Source of the DNA: Eukaryota sp. GEM-RC1 | Lineage: Eukaryota | DNA length: 64,000 bases | Assembly: GCA_040285855.1 (NCBI GenBank) | Contig: JAUFOQ010000013.1 | Location: 558,001 to 622,000, forward strand | Direction: 5' to 3' | Shown here: piece by piece, positions 1-13,355 of the stretch | How positions within the stretch are numbered: the stretch's first letter is position 1 | Layout: each line of letters begins with the position of its first letter | The notes under the pieces: model-generated | Database searches by the model: none | What the model was told of the DNA's origin: nothing | What the model saw: the letters and a program-made list of their open reading frames with translations, nothing else | Program-made: the position numbers and the translations under genes

Positions 1-830
1 CTCCTTCAACACCAATTGAGTTGTAATCTAGATTGATCTTAGAAACTGAAGAATTCACCTTCAACGCTTCAGCAATTGAAATAGCTCCTTCAACACCAAT
101 TGAGTTGAAACCTAGATTGATCTTAGAAACTGAAGAATTTACCTTCAAAGCTTCAGCAATTGCAATAGCTCCTTCAGTACCAATTGAGTTGTTAAATAGA
201 TAAATCGTAGAAACTGAAGAATTCACCTTCAAAGCTTCAGCAATTGCAATAGCTCCTTCAGTACCAATTGAGTTCGCAATAGCTCCTTCAGGACCAATTG
301 AGTTGTTATCTAGAAAAATCGTAGAAACTGAAGAATTCACCTTCAAAGCTTCAGCAATCGCAATAGCTCCTTCAGGACCAATTGAGTTCGCAATAGCTCC
401 TTCAGGACCAATTGAGTTCGCAATAGCTCCTTCAGGACCAATTGAGTTGATATCTAGAAAAATCGTAGAAACTGAAGAATTCACCTTCAAAGCTTCAGCA
501 ATCGCAATAGCTCCTTCAGGACCAATTGAGTTGTTATCAAGAAAAATCGTAGAAACTGAAGAATTCACCTTCAAAGCTTCAGCAATCGCAATAGCTTCTT
601 CAACACCAATTGAGTTGAAACCTAGATAAATCTCAGAAACTGAAGAATTCACCTTCAAAGATTCAGCAATTGCAATAGCTCCTTCATTACCAATTGAGTT
701 GTTCCTTAGATCGATCGTAGAAACTGAAGAATTCACCTTCAAAGATTCAGCAATTGCAATAGCTCCTTCAGGACCAATTGAGTTGTTATCTAGATAAATC
801 GTAGAAACCTCATTTCTCACCCTTTCATCT
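1..830 (-). pseudogene. LRR cassette 0, partial (runs off window), no ATG (ATG>AGG), contains 30-bp truncated modules
   Basis: 84-bp LRR modules. 5' end reads GAT GAA AGG GTG AGA AAT GAG rather than GAT GAA ATG GTG. Confidence 0.8.
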
Positions 831-1182
831 CAACAATGTCAATAATGAAACTGTACATTGGTAATTCGATGGTAAATGTATAGTAGAAATTAACAATACT
901 TCAGATACTAATAAATTTCTGTTGCTGTTGAGAACAATAGCAAAAGTACCAGTAAATAACGTGTGTTATTCACCAGGGTAGTATTTAAAATCTGTACTTG
1001 AACATCTGCTAAACTACTATGATATTTCACTCTGTAACGGAGTTTTGTTTGGGATAATGATTGTTCCGAGCTAAAGGATTTTTCAAGTGTGTATTATATT
1101 CACCGATTAATTATGGTACTTTTGATGAGAAATTAATTATGATTAATGACAAATGTGATTTTTATATACAATGAAAACTTGT

Positions 1183-1880
1183 TTAAAAATACATTCTATT
1201 TTTGTGTAGTGATTTTAACGACTGTTGTGTTTGACTGTTGATTGAGTTGTTATCTAGATAAATCGTAGTAACTGAAGAATTCACCTTCAAAGCTTCAGCA
1301 ATTGCAATAGCTCCTTCATTACCAATTAAGTTGTTATATAGATTGATCGTAGAAACTGAAGAATTCACCTTCAAAGATTCAGCAATTGCAATAGCTCCTT
1401 CAGGACCAATTGAGTTGTTATCTAGATAAATCGTAGTAACTGAAGAATTCACCTTCAAAGCTTCAGCAATTGCAATAGCTCCTTCATTACCAATTGAGTT
1501 GTTATCTAGATAAATCGTAGAAACCTCATTTCTCACCATTTCATCATAACAATTCTTCAACTTCGAACTAAGCTTGCTCCAATCAATAACAAGCTCCTTC
1601 TCTTCAACTTGTTGTACAAGGCACACACTTTCAATAGACTTGATTGGCGAAGGAGTGTCATCTAGAAGCCTAGCAGAAGCAACATTGGACTCCGAAACAA
1701 CGGAAAGAGAGGCCAAACGACGAGAAGCTTCGGAGTGAATAGAGCAAAGTTCTTCATTTAAAGAGGAGATGATAGCGGATTGGTTGTTAAGTAGGGTGGA
1801 AGTTGTGGTAATGAAGTTTCCTCTTTCAATCTCACCTGTTTCTGTACCTTATCAATAACGTGTTTTGTTTTTAAGATATT
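1183..1880 (-). CDS. LRR cassette 1, long type (linker + 4 LRR)
   Basis: ORF 1183-1716 starts at TTG. Linker SLSVVSESNVASARLLDD precedes the LRRs. Leader is homologous to the RBCC-adjacent copy up to ~1919. Confidence 0.7.
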
Positions 1881-2545
1881 CTAGAGAAAAAATATCCAAT
1901 ACTGGGTCGATTAGTTAATCTTACATAATTTACTAAATTTAAGATGTACAAAAGCGGTTTTGTGTGTTGACACAGAGACAAAAACTTTTTTTGACAACAC
2001 CACTACAGTGTACATACATCTAATAATCAATATCCTCAAAGTCCAGATTGCCTATCCGGAAATTCTCCCCTACTTTGGATAGCCGAAATTGTAATTAACA
2101 TGTCTATAAACTCTTTCTTCAGATATTAATTGTGCAATTCCTAAAACAATTCTGAACATTAGATTTAAAAAAGCACAATCGTAATTTCAATAACATGTAC
2201 TTGCCTATGTAGAAACCGCAGAAACTAATTTAACATAACTAGGTCTTCGTAAATTTAACATCGTCATATGTGTTTCTTCTATTGACTCCAATATTCAACA
2301 CAACAAAAGTACCAGTAAATAACGTGTGTTATTCACCAGGGTAGGACTTAAAATCTGCACCTGAACACCTGCTAAACTACTATGATATTTGACCCTGTCA
2401 CGGAGTTTTGTTTGGGATAATGGTTGTTCCGAGCTAAAGGATTTTTCAAGTGTGTATTATATTCACCGATTAATTATTGTACTTTTGATGGGAAATTAAT
2501 TATGATCAATGACAAATGTGATTTTTTTATACAACGAAAACTTGT

Positions 2546-3698
2546 TTAAAAATACATTCTATTTTTGTGTAGTGATTTTAACGACTGTTGTGTTTGACTG
2601 TTGATTGAGTTGTTATATAGATAAATCGTAGAAACTGCAGAATTCACCTTCAAAGCTTCAGCAATTGCAATAGCTCCTTCAGGACCAATTGAGTTGTTAT
2701 CTAGATCGATCCTAGAAACTGAAGAATTCACCTTCAAAGCTTCAGCAATTGCAATAGCTCCTTCAGGACCAATTGAGTTGTTATCTAGATCGATCCTAGA
2801 AACTGAAGAATTCACCTTCAAAGCTTCAGCAATTGCAATAGCTCCTTCATTACCAATTGAGTTTTCAGCTAGATAAATCTCAGAAACTGAAGAATTCACC
2901 TTCAAAGCTTCAGCAATTGCAATAGCACCTTCAGGACCAATTGAGTTGTTCCTTAGATCGATGGCAAAAACTGAAGAATTCACCTTCAAAGCTTCAGCAA
3001 TTGCAATAGCTCCTTCATTACCAATTGAGTTTTCAGCTAGATAAATCTCAGAAACTGAAGAATTCACCTTCAAAGCTTCAGCAATTGCAATAGCTCCTTC
3101 ATTACCAATTGAGTTGACACCTAGACCAATCGTAGAGACTGAAGAATTCACCTTCAAAGCTTCAGCAATTGCAATAGCTCCTTCATTACCAATTGAGTTG
3201 ACACCTAGACCAATCGTAGAAACTGAAGAATTCACCTTCAAAGCTTCAGCAATTGCAATAGCTCCTTCAGGACCAATTGAGTTGTTACCTAGATCGATCG
3301 CAGAAACCTCATTTCTCACCATTTCATCATAACAATTCTTCAACTTCGAACTAAGCTCGTTCCAATCAATAACAAGCTCCTTCTCTTCAACTTGTTGTAC
3401 AAGGCACACACTTTCAATAGACTTGATTGGCGAAGGAGTGTCATCTAGAAGCCTAGCAGAAGCAACATTGGACTCCGGAAACAACGGAAAGAGAGGCCAA
3501 ACGACGAGAAGCTTCGGAGTGAATAGAGCAAAGTTCTTCATTTAAAGAGGAGATGATAGCAGATTGGTTCTTAAGTAGGGTGGAGGTTGTGGTAATGAAG
3601 TTTTCGCCGATCTTTGGTTTAAAGATTACACCTTTCTTTCTTTTCAATCTCACCTGTTTCTGTACCTTATCAATAACGTGTTTTGTTTTTAAGATATT
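2546..3698 (-). CDS. LRR cassette 2, long type (linker + 9 LRR), 1-nt frameshift near 3477
   Basis: ORFs 3453-3653 and 2546-3541 join if the extra G in gactccggaa is removed. Confidence 0.75.
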
Positions 3699-4364
3699 CT
3701 AGAGAAAAAATATCCAATACTGGGTCGATTAGTTAATTTTACATAATTTACTAAATTTCAGATGTACAAAAAGCGGTTTTGTGTGTTGACACAGAGACAA
3801 AAACTTTTTTTGACAACACCACTACAGTGTACATACATCTAATAATCAATATCCTCAAAGTCCAGATTGCCTATCCGGAAATTCTCCCCTACTTTGGATA
3901 GCCGAAATTGTAATTAACATGTCTATAAACTCTTTCTTCAGATATTAATTGTGCAATTCCTAAAACAATTCTGAACATTAGATTTAAAAAAGCACAATCG
4001 CAATTTCAATAACATGTACTTGCCTATGTAGAAACCGCAGAAATTAATTTAACATAACTAGGTCTCCGTAAATTTAACATCGTCATATGTGTTTCTGCTT
4101 TTGACTCCAATATTCAACACAACAAAAGTACCAGTAAATAACGTGTGTTATTCACCAGGGTAGGACTTAAAATCTACACCTGAACACCTGCTAAACTACT
4201 ATGATATTTGACCCTGTCACGGAGTTTTGTTTGGGATAATGGTTGTTCTGAGCTAAATGATTTTTCAAGTGTGTATTATATTCACCGATTAATTATTGTA
4301 CTTTTGATGGGAAATTAATTATGATCAATGACAAATGTGATTTTTTTATACAACGAAAACTTGT

Positions 4365-5583
4365 TTAAAAATACATTCTATTTTTGTGTAGTGATTTTAA
4401 CGACTGTTGTGTTTGACTGTTGATTGAGTTGTTATTAAGATAAATCGTAGAAACTGAAGAATTTACCTTCAAAGCTTCAGCAATTGCAATAGCTCCTTCA
4501 AGACCAATTGAGTTGGTCCATAGATAAATCTCAGAAACTGAAGAATTCACCTTCAAAGCTTCAGCAATTGTAATAGCTCCTTCAAGACCAATTGAGTTGT
4601 TATCTAGATCGATCCTAGAAACTGAAGAATTCACCTTCAAAGCTTCAGCAATTATAATAGCTCCTTCAGGACCAATTGAGTTGAAACCTAGACCAATCGT
4701 AGAAACTGCAGAATTCACCTTCAAAGCTTCAGCAATTGCAATAACTCCTTCAGAACCAATTGAGTTGTAACCTAGATAAATCTCAGAAACTGAAGAATTC
4801 ACCTTCAAAGCTTCAGCAATTGCAATAGCTCCTTCATTACCAATTGAGTTGTTATCTAGATGGATCGTAGAAACTGAAGAATTCACCTTCAAAGCTTCAG
4901 CAATTGCAATAGCTCCTTCATTACCAATTGAGTTTTCAGCTAGATAAATCTCAGAAACTGAAGAATTCACCTTCAAAGCTTCAGCAATTGCAATAGCTCC
5001 TTCATTACCAATTGAGTTGTTCCATAGATAAATCTCAGAAACTGAAGAATTCACCTTCAAAGCTTCAGCAATTGCAATAGCTCCTTCATTACCAATTGAG
5101 TTGTTATCTAGATAAATCGCAGAAACTGAAGAATTCACCTTCAAAGCTTCAGCAATTGCAATAGCTCCTTCAAGACCAATTGAGTTGTTATCTAGATCGA
5201 TCCTAGAAACCTCATTTCTCACCATTTCATCATAACAATTCTTCAACTTCGAACTAAGCTCGTTCCAATCAATAACAAGCTCCTTCTCTTCAACTTGTTG
5301 TACAAGGCACACACTTTCAATAGACTTGATTGGCGAAGGAGTGTCATCTAGAAGCCTAGCAGAAGCAACATTGGACTCCGAAACAACAGAAAGAGAGGCC
5401 AAACGACGAGAAGCTTCGCAGTGGATAGAGCAAAGTTCTTCATTTAAAGAGGAGATGATAGCAGATTGGTTCTTAAGTAGGGTGGAGGTTGTGGTCGCCG
5501 ATCTTTGGTTTAAAGATTACACCTCTTTTCAATCTCACCTGTTTCTGTACCTTATCAATAACGTGTTTTGTTTTTAAGATATT
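4365..5583 (-). CDS. LRR cassette 3, long type (linker + 10 LRR)
   Basis: ORF 4365-5402. Leader has 6-nt and 11-nt deletions relative to cassettes 2 and 31. Confidence 0.7.
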
Positions 5584-6249
5584 CTAGAGAAAAAATATCC
5601 AATACTGGGTCGATTAGTTAATTTTACATAATTTACTAAATTTCAGATGTACAAAAAGCGGTTTTGTGTGTTGGCACAAACACAAAAACTTTTATTGACA
5701 ACACCACTACAGTGTACATACATCTAATAATCAATATCCGCAAAGTCCAGATTGCCTATCCGGAAATTCTCCCCTACTTTGGATAGCCGAAATTGTAATT
5801 AACATGTCTATAAACTCTTTCTTCAGATATTAATTGTGCAATTCCTAAAACAATTCTGAACATTAGATTTAAAAAAGCACAATCGCAATTTCAATAACAT
5901 GTACTTGCCTATGTAGAAACCGCAGAAATTAATTTAACATAACTAGGTCTTCGTAAATTTAACATCGTCATATGTGTTTCTGCTGTTGACTCCAATATTC
6001 AACACAACAAAAGTACCAGTAAATAACGTGTTTTATTCACCAGGGTAGGACTTAAAATCTGCACCTGAACACCTGCTAAACTACTATGATATTTGACCCT
6101 GTCACGGAGTTTTGTTTGGGATAATGGTTGTTCTGAGCTAAATGATTTTTCAAGTGTGTATTATATTCACCGATTAATTATTGTACTTTTGGTTGGAAAT
6201 TAATTATGATCAATGACAAATGTGATTTTTTTATACAACGAAAACTTGT

Positions 6250-6942
6250 TTAAAAATACATTCTATTTTTGTGTAGTGATTTTAACGACTGTTGTGTTTG
6301 ACTGTTGATTGAGTTGTTATTAAGATAAATCGTAGAAACTGAAGAATTTACCTTCAAAACTTCAGCAATTGCAATAGCTCCTTCAAGACCAATTGAGTTG
6401 TTATCTAGATCGATCCTAGAAACTGAAGAATTCACCTTCAAAGCTTCAGCAATTATAATAGCTCCTTCAGGACCAATTGAGTTGAAACCTAGACCAATCG
6501 TAGAAACTGCAGAATTCACCTTCAAAGCTTCAGCAATTGCAATAGCTCCTTCAGGACCAATTGAGTTGTGCCTTAGATCGATGTAAGAAACTGAAGAATT
6601 CACCTTCAAAGCTTCAGCAATTGCAATAGCCCCTTCATTACCAATTGAGTTGTAACCTAGATAAATCTCAGAAACTGAAGAATTCACCTTCAAAGCTTCA
6701 GCAATTGCAATAGCCCCTTCATTACCAATTGAGTTGTAACCTAGATAAATCTCAGAAACTGAAGAATTCACCTTCAAAGCTTCAGCAATTGCAATAGCTC
6801 CTTCAGTACCAATTGAGTTGTTACCTAGATCGACTGTAGAAACTGAAGAATTCACCTTCAAAGATTCAGCAATTGCAATTGCTCCTTCAGGACCAATTGA
6901 GTTGTTATATAGATTGATCGTAGAAACCTCATTTCTCACCAT
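6250..6942 (-). CDS. LRR cassette 4, short type, 8 LRR
   Basis: ORF MVRNEV...KNRMYF. Confidence 0.7.
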   Translation of the reverse strand: MVRNEVSTINLYNNSIGPEGAIAIAESLKVNSSVSTVDLGNNSIGTEGAIAIAEALKVNSSVSEIYLGYNSIGNEGAIAIAEALKVNSSVSEIYLGYNSIGNEGAIAIAEALKVNSSVSYIDLRHNSIGPEGAIAIAEALKVNSAVSTIGLGFNSIGPEGAIIIAEALKVNSSVSRIDLDNNSIGLEGAIAIAEVLKVNSSVSTIYLNNNSINSQTQQSLKSLHKNRMYF

Positions 6943-7298
6943 TTCATCTCAACAATTGTAATAATGAAACTGTATGTTGGTAATTCGATGGTAAATGTAT
7001 ACTATAAATTAACAATATTTCAGATAATAATAAATCTCTGTTGTTGTTGAGAACAATAGCAAGAGCACCAGTAAATAACGTGTGTTATTCACGAGGGTAC
7101 TTAAAATGTGTACCTGAACATCTGCTAAACTACTATGATATTTGACTCTGTAGCGGATTTTTGTTTGGGATAATGTTTGTTCTGAGCAAAATGATTTTTC
7201 AAGTGTGCATTACATTCATCGTTTAATTATGGTGCTTTTGATGAGAAATTAATTATGATTAATGACAAATGTGATGTTTATAAACAATGAAAACTTGT

Positions 7299-8175
7299 TT
7301 AAAAAAGACATTCTATTTTTGTGTAGTGATTTTAACGACTGTTGTGTTTGACTGTTGATTGAGTTGTTGTCTAGATAAATCGTAGTAACTGAAGAATTCA
7401 CCTTCAAAGCTTCAGCAATTGCAATAGCTCCTTCATTAGCAATTGAGTTGTTTCCTAGATAAATCTCAGAAACTGAAGAATTCACCTTCAAAGCTTCAGC
7501 AATTGCAATAGCTCCTTCATTACCAATTGAGTTGCCACCTAGATAAATCTCAGAAACTGAACCATTCACCTTCAAAGCTTCAGCAATTGCAATAGCTCCT
7601 TCACTACCAATTGAATTGTGCCTTAGATAAATCGTAGAAACTGCAGAATTCACCTTCAAAGCTTCAGCAATTGCAATAGCTCCTTCACTACCAATTGAAT
7701 TGTGCCTTAGATAAATCGTAGAAACTGCAGAATTCACCTTCAAAGCTTCAGCAATTGCAATAGCTCCTTCAGGACCAATTGAGTTGTTATATAGATAAAT
7801 CGTAGAAACTGAAGAATTCACCTTCAAAGCTTCAGCAATTGCAATAGCTCCTTCATTACCAATTGAGTTGTGCCTTAGATCGATCGTAGAAACTAAAGAA
7901 TTCACCTTCAAAGCTTCAGCAATTGCAATAGCTCCTTCAGGACCAATTGAGTTGCCAGCTAGATGGATCGCTCCTGAGTTGTTCCATAGATAAATCTCAG
8001 AAACTGAACAATTCACCTTCAAAGCTTCAGCAATTGCAATAGCTCCTTCACTACCAATTGAATTGTGCCTTAGATAAATCGCAGAAACTGAAGAATTCAC
8101 CTTCAAAGCTTCAGCAATTGCAATAGCTCCTTCAGGACCAATTGAGTTGTAATCTAGATTGATCGTAGAAACCTC
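7299..8175 (-). pseudogene. LRR cassette 5, ATG-less, ~11 LRR including one internally deleted module
   Basis: 2-nt AT insertion after MVRN puts the ATG out of frame. In-frame deletion gives WNNSGAIHL. Extra A at the stop. Confidence 0.75.
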
Positions 8176-8549
8176 ATATTTCTCACCATTTCATCTCAAC
8201 AATTTTAATAATGAAACTGTACATTGGGAATTCGATGGTAAATGTATAGTAGAAATTAACAATTCTTCAGATACTAATAAAGTTCTGTTGTTGTTGTTGT
8301 GAACAATAACAAAAGTACCAGTAAATAACGTGTGTTATTCATTAGGGCAGTATTTAAAATCTGTACTTGAACATCTGCTAAACTACTATGATATTTGACT
8401 GTCACGGAGTTTTGTTTGGGATAATGTTTGTTCTGAGCAAAATGATTTTTCAAATGTGTATTATATTCACCGATTAATTATGGTACTTTTGATGAGAAAT
8501 TAAATATGATTAATAACAAATATGATTTTAATGTACAATGAAAACTTGT

Positions 8550-9230
8550 TTAAAAAGACATTTTATTTTTGTGTAGTGATTTTAATGACTGTTGTGTTTG
8601 ACTGTTGATTGAGTTGTTATCTAGATAAATCGTAGTAACTGAAGAATTCACCTTCAAAGCTTCAGCAATTGCAATAGCTCCTTCATTACCAATTAAGTTG
8701 TTATATAGATTGATCGTAGAAACTGAAGAATTCACCTTCAAAGATTCAGCAATTGCAATAGCTCCTTCAGGACCAATTGAGTTGTTATCTAGATAAATCG
8801 TAGTAACTGAAGAATTCACCTTCAGAGCTTCAGCAATTGCAATAGCTCCTTCATTACCAATTGAGTTGCCACCTAGATAAATCTCAGAAACTGAACAATT
8901 CACCTTCAAAGCTTCAGCAATTGCAATAGCTCCTTCATTACCAATTGAGTTGTGCCTTAGATCGATCGTAGAAACTAAAGAATTCACCTTCAAAGCTTCA
9001 GCAATTGCAATAGCTCCTTCAGGACCAATTGAGTTGTTTCCTAGATGGATCGTAGAAACTGAAGAATTCACCTTCAAAGCTTCAGCAATTGCAATAGCTC
9101 CTTCACTACCAATTGAATTGTGCCTTAGATAAATCGTAGAAACTGCAGAATTCACCTTCAAAGCTTCAGCAATTGCAATAGCTCCTTCAGGACCAATTGA
9201 GTTGTAATCTAGATTGATCGTAGAAACCTC
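8550..9230 (-). pseudogene. LRR cassette 6, ATG-less, 8 LRR
   Basis: Open LRR frame (track ORF 8550-9161 starts at TTG). AT insertion at 5' end. Confidence 0.75.
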
Positions 9231-9604
9231 ATATTTCTCACCATTTCATCTCAACAATTTTAATAATGAAACTGTACATTGGGAATTCGATGGTAAATGT
9301 ATAGTAGAAATTAACAATTCTTCAGATACTAATAAAGTTCTGTTGTTGTTGTTGTGAACAATAACAAAAGTACCAGTAAATAACGTGTGTTATTCATTAG
9401 GGCAGTATTTAAAATCTGTACTTGAACATCTGCTAAACTACTATGATATTTGACTGTCACGGAGTTTTGTTTGGGATAATGTTTGTTCTGAGCAAAATGA
9501 TTTTTCAAGTGTGTATTATATTCACCGATTAATTATGGTACTTTTGATGAGAAATTAAATATGATTAATAACAAATATGATTTTAATGTACAATGAAAAC
9601 TTGT

Positions 9605-10201
9605 TTAAAAAGACATTTTATTTTTGTGTAGTGATTTTAATGACTGTTGTGTTTGACTGTTGATTGAGTTGTTATCTAGATAAATCTCAGAAACTGAAGA
9701 ATTCACCTTCAAAGCTTCAGCAATTGCAATAGCTCCTTCATTACCAATTGAGTTGCCACCTAGATAAATCTCAGAAACTGAACAATTCACCTTCAAAGCT
9801 TCAGCAATTGCAATAGCTCCTTCATTACCAATTGAGTTGCCACCTAGATAAATCTCAGAAACTGAACAATTCACCTTCAAAGCTTCAGCAATTGCAATAG
9901 CTCCTTCACTACCAATTGAATTGTGCCTTAGATAAATCGTAGAAACTGCAGAATTCACCTTCAAAGCTTCAGCAATTGCAATAGCTCCTTCATTACCAAT
10001 TGAGTTGCCACCTAGATAAATCTCAGAAACTGAACAATTCACCTTCAAAGCTTCAGCAATTGCAATAGCTCCTTCACTACCAATTGAATTGTGCCTTAGA
10101 TAAATCGTAGAAACTGCAGAATTCACCTTCAAAGCTTCAGCAATTGCAATAGCTCCTTCAGGACCAATTGAGTTGTAATCTAGATTGATCGTAGAAACCT
10201 C
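9605..10201 (-). pseudogene. LRR cassette 7, ATG-less, 7 LRR
   Basis: Open LRR frame. AT insertion at 5' end. Confidence 0.75.
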
Positions 10202-10574
10202 ATATTTCTCACCATTTCATCTCAACAATTTTAATAATGAAACTGTACATTGGGAATTCGATGGTAAATGTATAGTAGAAATTAACAATTCTTCAGATAC
10301 TAATAAAGTTCTGTTGTTGTTGTGAACAATGACAAAAGTACCAGTAAATAACGTGTGTTATTCATTAGGGCAGTATTTAAAATCTGTACTTGAACATTTG
10401 CTAAACTACTATGATATTTGACTCTGTCACGGAGTTTTGTTTGGGATAATGTTTGTTCTGAGCAAAATGATTTTTCAAGTGTGTATTATATTCACCGATT
10501 AATTATGGGACTTTTGATGAGAAATTAAATATGATTAATAACAAATATGATTTTAATGTACAATGAAAACTTGT

Positions 10575-11348
10575 TTAAAAAGACATTCTATTTTTGTTTA
10601 GTAATTTTAATGACTGTTGTGTTTGACTGTTGATTGAGTTGTTATCTAGAAAAATCGTAGAAACTGAAGAATTCACCTTCAAAGCTTCAGCAATCGCAAT
10701 AGCTCCTTCATTACCAATTGAGTTTTCAGCTAGATAAATTTCAGAAACTGAAGAATTCACCTTCAAAGCTTCAGCAATCGCAATAGCTCCTTCATTACCA
10801 ATTGAGTTGTTATCTAGAAAAATCGTAGAAACTGAAGAATTCACCTTCAAAGCTTCAGCAATCGCAATAGCTCCTTCATTACCAATTGAGTTTTCAGCTA
10901 GATAAATCTCAGAAACTGAAGAATTCACCTTCAAAGCTTCAGCAATTGCAATAGCACCTTCAGGACCAATTGAGTTGTTATATAGATAAATCGTAGAAAC
11001 TGAAGAATTCACCTTCAAAGCTTCAGCAATTGCAATAGCTCCTTCATTACCAATTGAGTTGTGCCTTAGATCGATCGTAGAAACTAAAGAATTCACCTTC
11101 AAAGCTTCAGCAATTGCAATAGCTCCTTCAGGACCAATTGAGTTGCCAGCTAGATCGACTGTAGAAACTGAAGAATTCACCTTCAACGCTTCAGCAATTG
11201 CAATAGCTCCTTCATTACCAATTAAGTTGTTATATAGATTGATCTTAGAAACTGAAGAATTCACCTTCAAAGCTTCAGCAATTGCAATAGCTCCTTCATT
11301 ACCAATTGAGTTGTTATCTAGATAAATCGTAGAAACTGAAGAATTCAC
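10575..11348 (-). pseudogene. LRR cassette 8, ATG-less (5' variant GAA AGG GTG AAT), 9 LRR
   Basis: Open LRR frame starting at GTG. Same 5' end as cassette 38. Confidence 0.75.
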
Positions 11349-11710
11349 CCTTTCATCTCAACAATTTTAATAATGAAACTGTACATTGGTAATTCGATGG
11401 TAAGTGTACAGTATAAATTAACAATATTTCAGATACTAATAAATTTCTGTTGTTGTTGAGAACAATAGGAAAAGTAGCAGTAAATAATGTGTGTTAGTCA
11501 CCAGGGTATTACTTAAAATCTGTACTTGAACATCTGCTAAACTACTATGATATTTGACTCTGTCACGGAGTTTTGTTTGGGATAATGGTTGTTCTGAGCT
11601 AAATGATTTTTCAAGTGTGCATTACATTCACAGTTTAATTATGGTGCTTTTGATGAGAAATTAATTATGATTAATGGAAAATGTGATTTTTATATGTAAT
11701 GAAAACTTGT

Positions 11711-12981
11711 TTAAAAAGAGATTCTATTTTTGTGTAGTGATTTTAACGACTGCTGTGTTTGACTGTTGATTGAGTTTTCAGCTAGATAAATCTCAGAAAC
11801 TGAAGAATTCACCTTCAAAGCTTCAGCAATCGCAATAGCTCCTTCATTACCAATTGAGTTGTTATCTAGAAAAATCGTAGAAACTGAAGAATTTACCTTC
11901 AAAGCTTCAGCAATCGCAATAGCTCCTTCATTACCAATTGAGTTTTCAGCTAGATAAATCTCAGAAACTGAAGAATTCACCTTCAAAGCTTCAGCAATTG
12001 CAATAGCACCTTCAGGACCAATTGAGTTGTTATATAGATAAATCGTAGAAACTGAAGAATTCACCTTCAAAGCTTCAGCAATTGCAATAGCTCCTTCATT
12101 ACCAATTGAGTTGTGCCTTAGATCGATCGTAGAAACTAAAGAATTCACCTTCAAAGCTTCAGCAATTGCAATAGCTCCTTCAGGACCAATTGAGTTGCCA
12201 GCTAGATGGATCGTGGAAACTGAAGAATTCACCTTCAAAGCTTCAGCAATTGCAATAGCTCCTTCATTACCAATTGAGTTTTCAGCTAGATAAATCTCAG
12301 AAACTGAAGAATTCACCTTCAAAGCTTCAGCAATTGCAATAGCAGCTTCATTACCAATTGAGTTGTTCCATAGATAAATCTCAGAAACTGAAGAATTCAC
12401 CTTCAAAGCTTCAGCAATTGCAATAGCTCCTTCATTACCAATTGAGTTGTTTCCTAGATGGATCGTAGAAACTGAAGAATTCACCTTCAAAGCTTCAGCA
12501 ATTGCAATAGCTCCTTCAGGACCAATTGAGTTGTTATCTAGATAAATCGTAGTAACTGAAGAATTCACCTTCAGAGCTTCAGCAATTGCAATAGCTCCTT
12601 CATTACCAATTGAGTTGCCACCTAGATAAATCTCAGAAACTGAACAATTCACCTTCAAAAAGCTTCAGCAATTGCAATAGCTCCTTCATTACCAATTGAG
12701 TTGTGCCTTAGATCGATCGTAGAAACTAAAGAATTCACCTTCAAAGCTTCAGCAATTGCAATAGCTCCTTCAGGACCAATTGAGTTGTTTCCTAGATGGA
12801 TCGTAGAAACTGAAGAATTCACCTTCAAAGCTTCAGCAATTGCAATAGCTCCTTCACTACCAATTGAATTGTGCCTTAGATAAATCGTAGAAACTGCAGA
12901 ATTCACCTTCAAAGCTTCAGCAATTGCAATAGCTCCTTCAGGACCAATTGAGTTGTAATCTAGATTGATCGTAGAAACCTC
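11711..12981 (-). pseudogene. LRR cassette 9, ATG-less, 15 LRR, frameshift in A-run at ~12660
   Basis: ORFs 11711-12658 and 12655-12912. Reads ttcaaaaagc instead of ttcaaagc. Confidence 0.75.
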
Positions 12982-13355
12982 ATATTTCTCACCATTTCAT
13001 CTCAACAATTTTAATAATGAAACTGTACATTGGGAATTCGATGGTAAATGTATAGTAGAAATTAACAATTCTTCAGATACTAATAAAGTTCTGTTGTTGT
13101 TGTTGTGAACAATAACAAAAGTACCAGAAAATAACGTGTGTTATTCATTAGGGCAGTATTTAAAATCTGTACTTGAACATCTGCTAAACTACTATGGTAT
13201 TTGACTGTCACGGAGTTTTGTTTGGGATAATGTTTGTTCTGAGCAAAATGATTTTTCAAGTGTGTATTATATTCACCGATTAATTATGGTACTTTTGATG
13301 AGAAATTAAATATGATTAATAACAAATATGATTTTAATGTACAATGAAAACTTGT

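Noticed and set aside
1260..1345. Dense short palindromes in each 84-mer (GAATTC, AAGCTT, CAATTG twice, TCTAGA, TGAAG..CTTCA)
   Set aside because: Explained by codon choice in one AT-rich ancestral module that was then amplified. There is no independent evidence of function.
1950..2012. RSS-like motifs in the long leader (GGTTTTGT, CACAGAG-ACAAAAACT, TACAGTG)
   Set aside because: No 12/23 spacing, the heptamer-like motif is altered in cassette 3, they are absent from the short cassettes, and no RAG/Transib gene is in the window.
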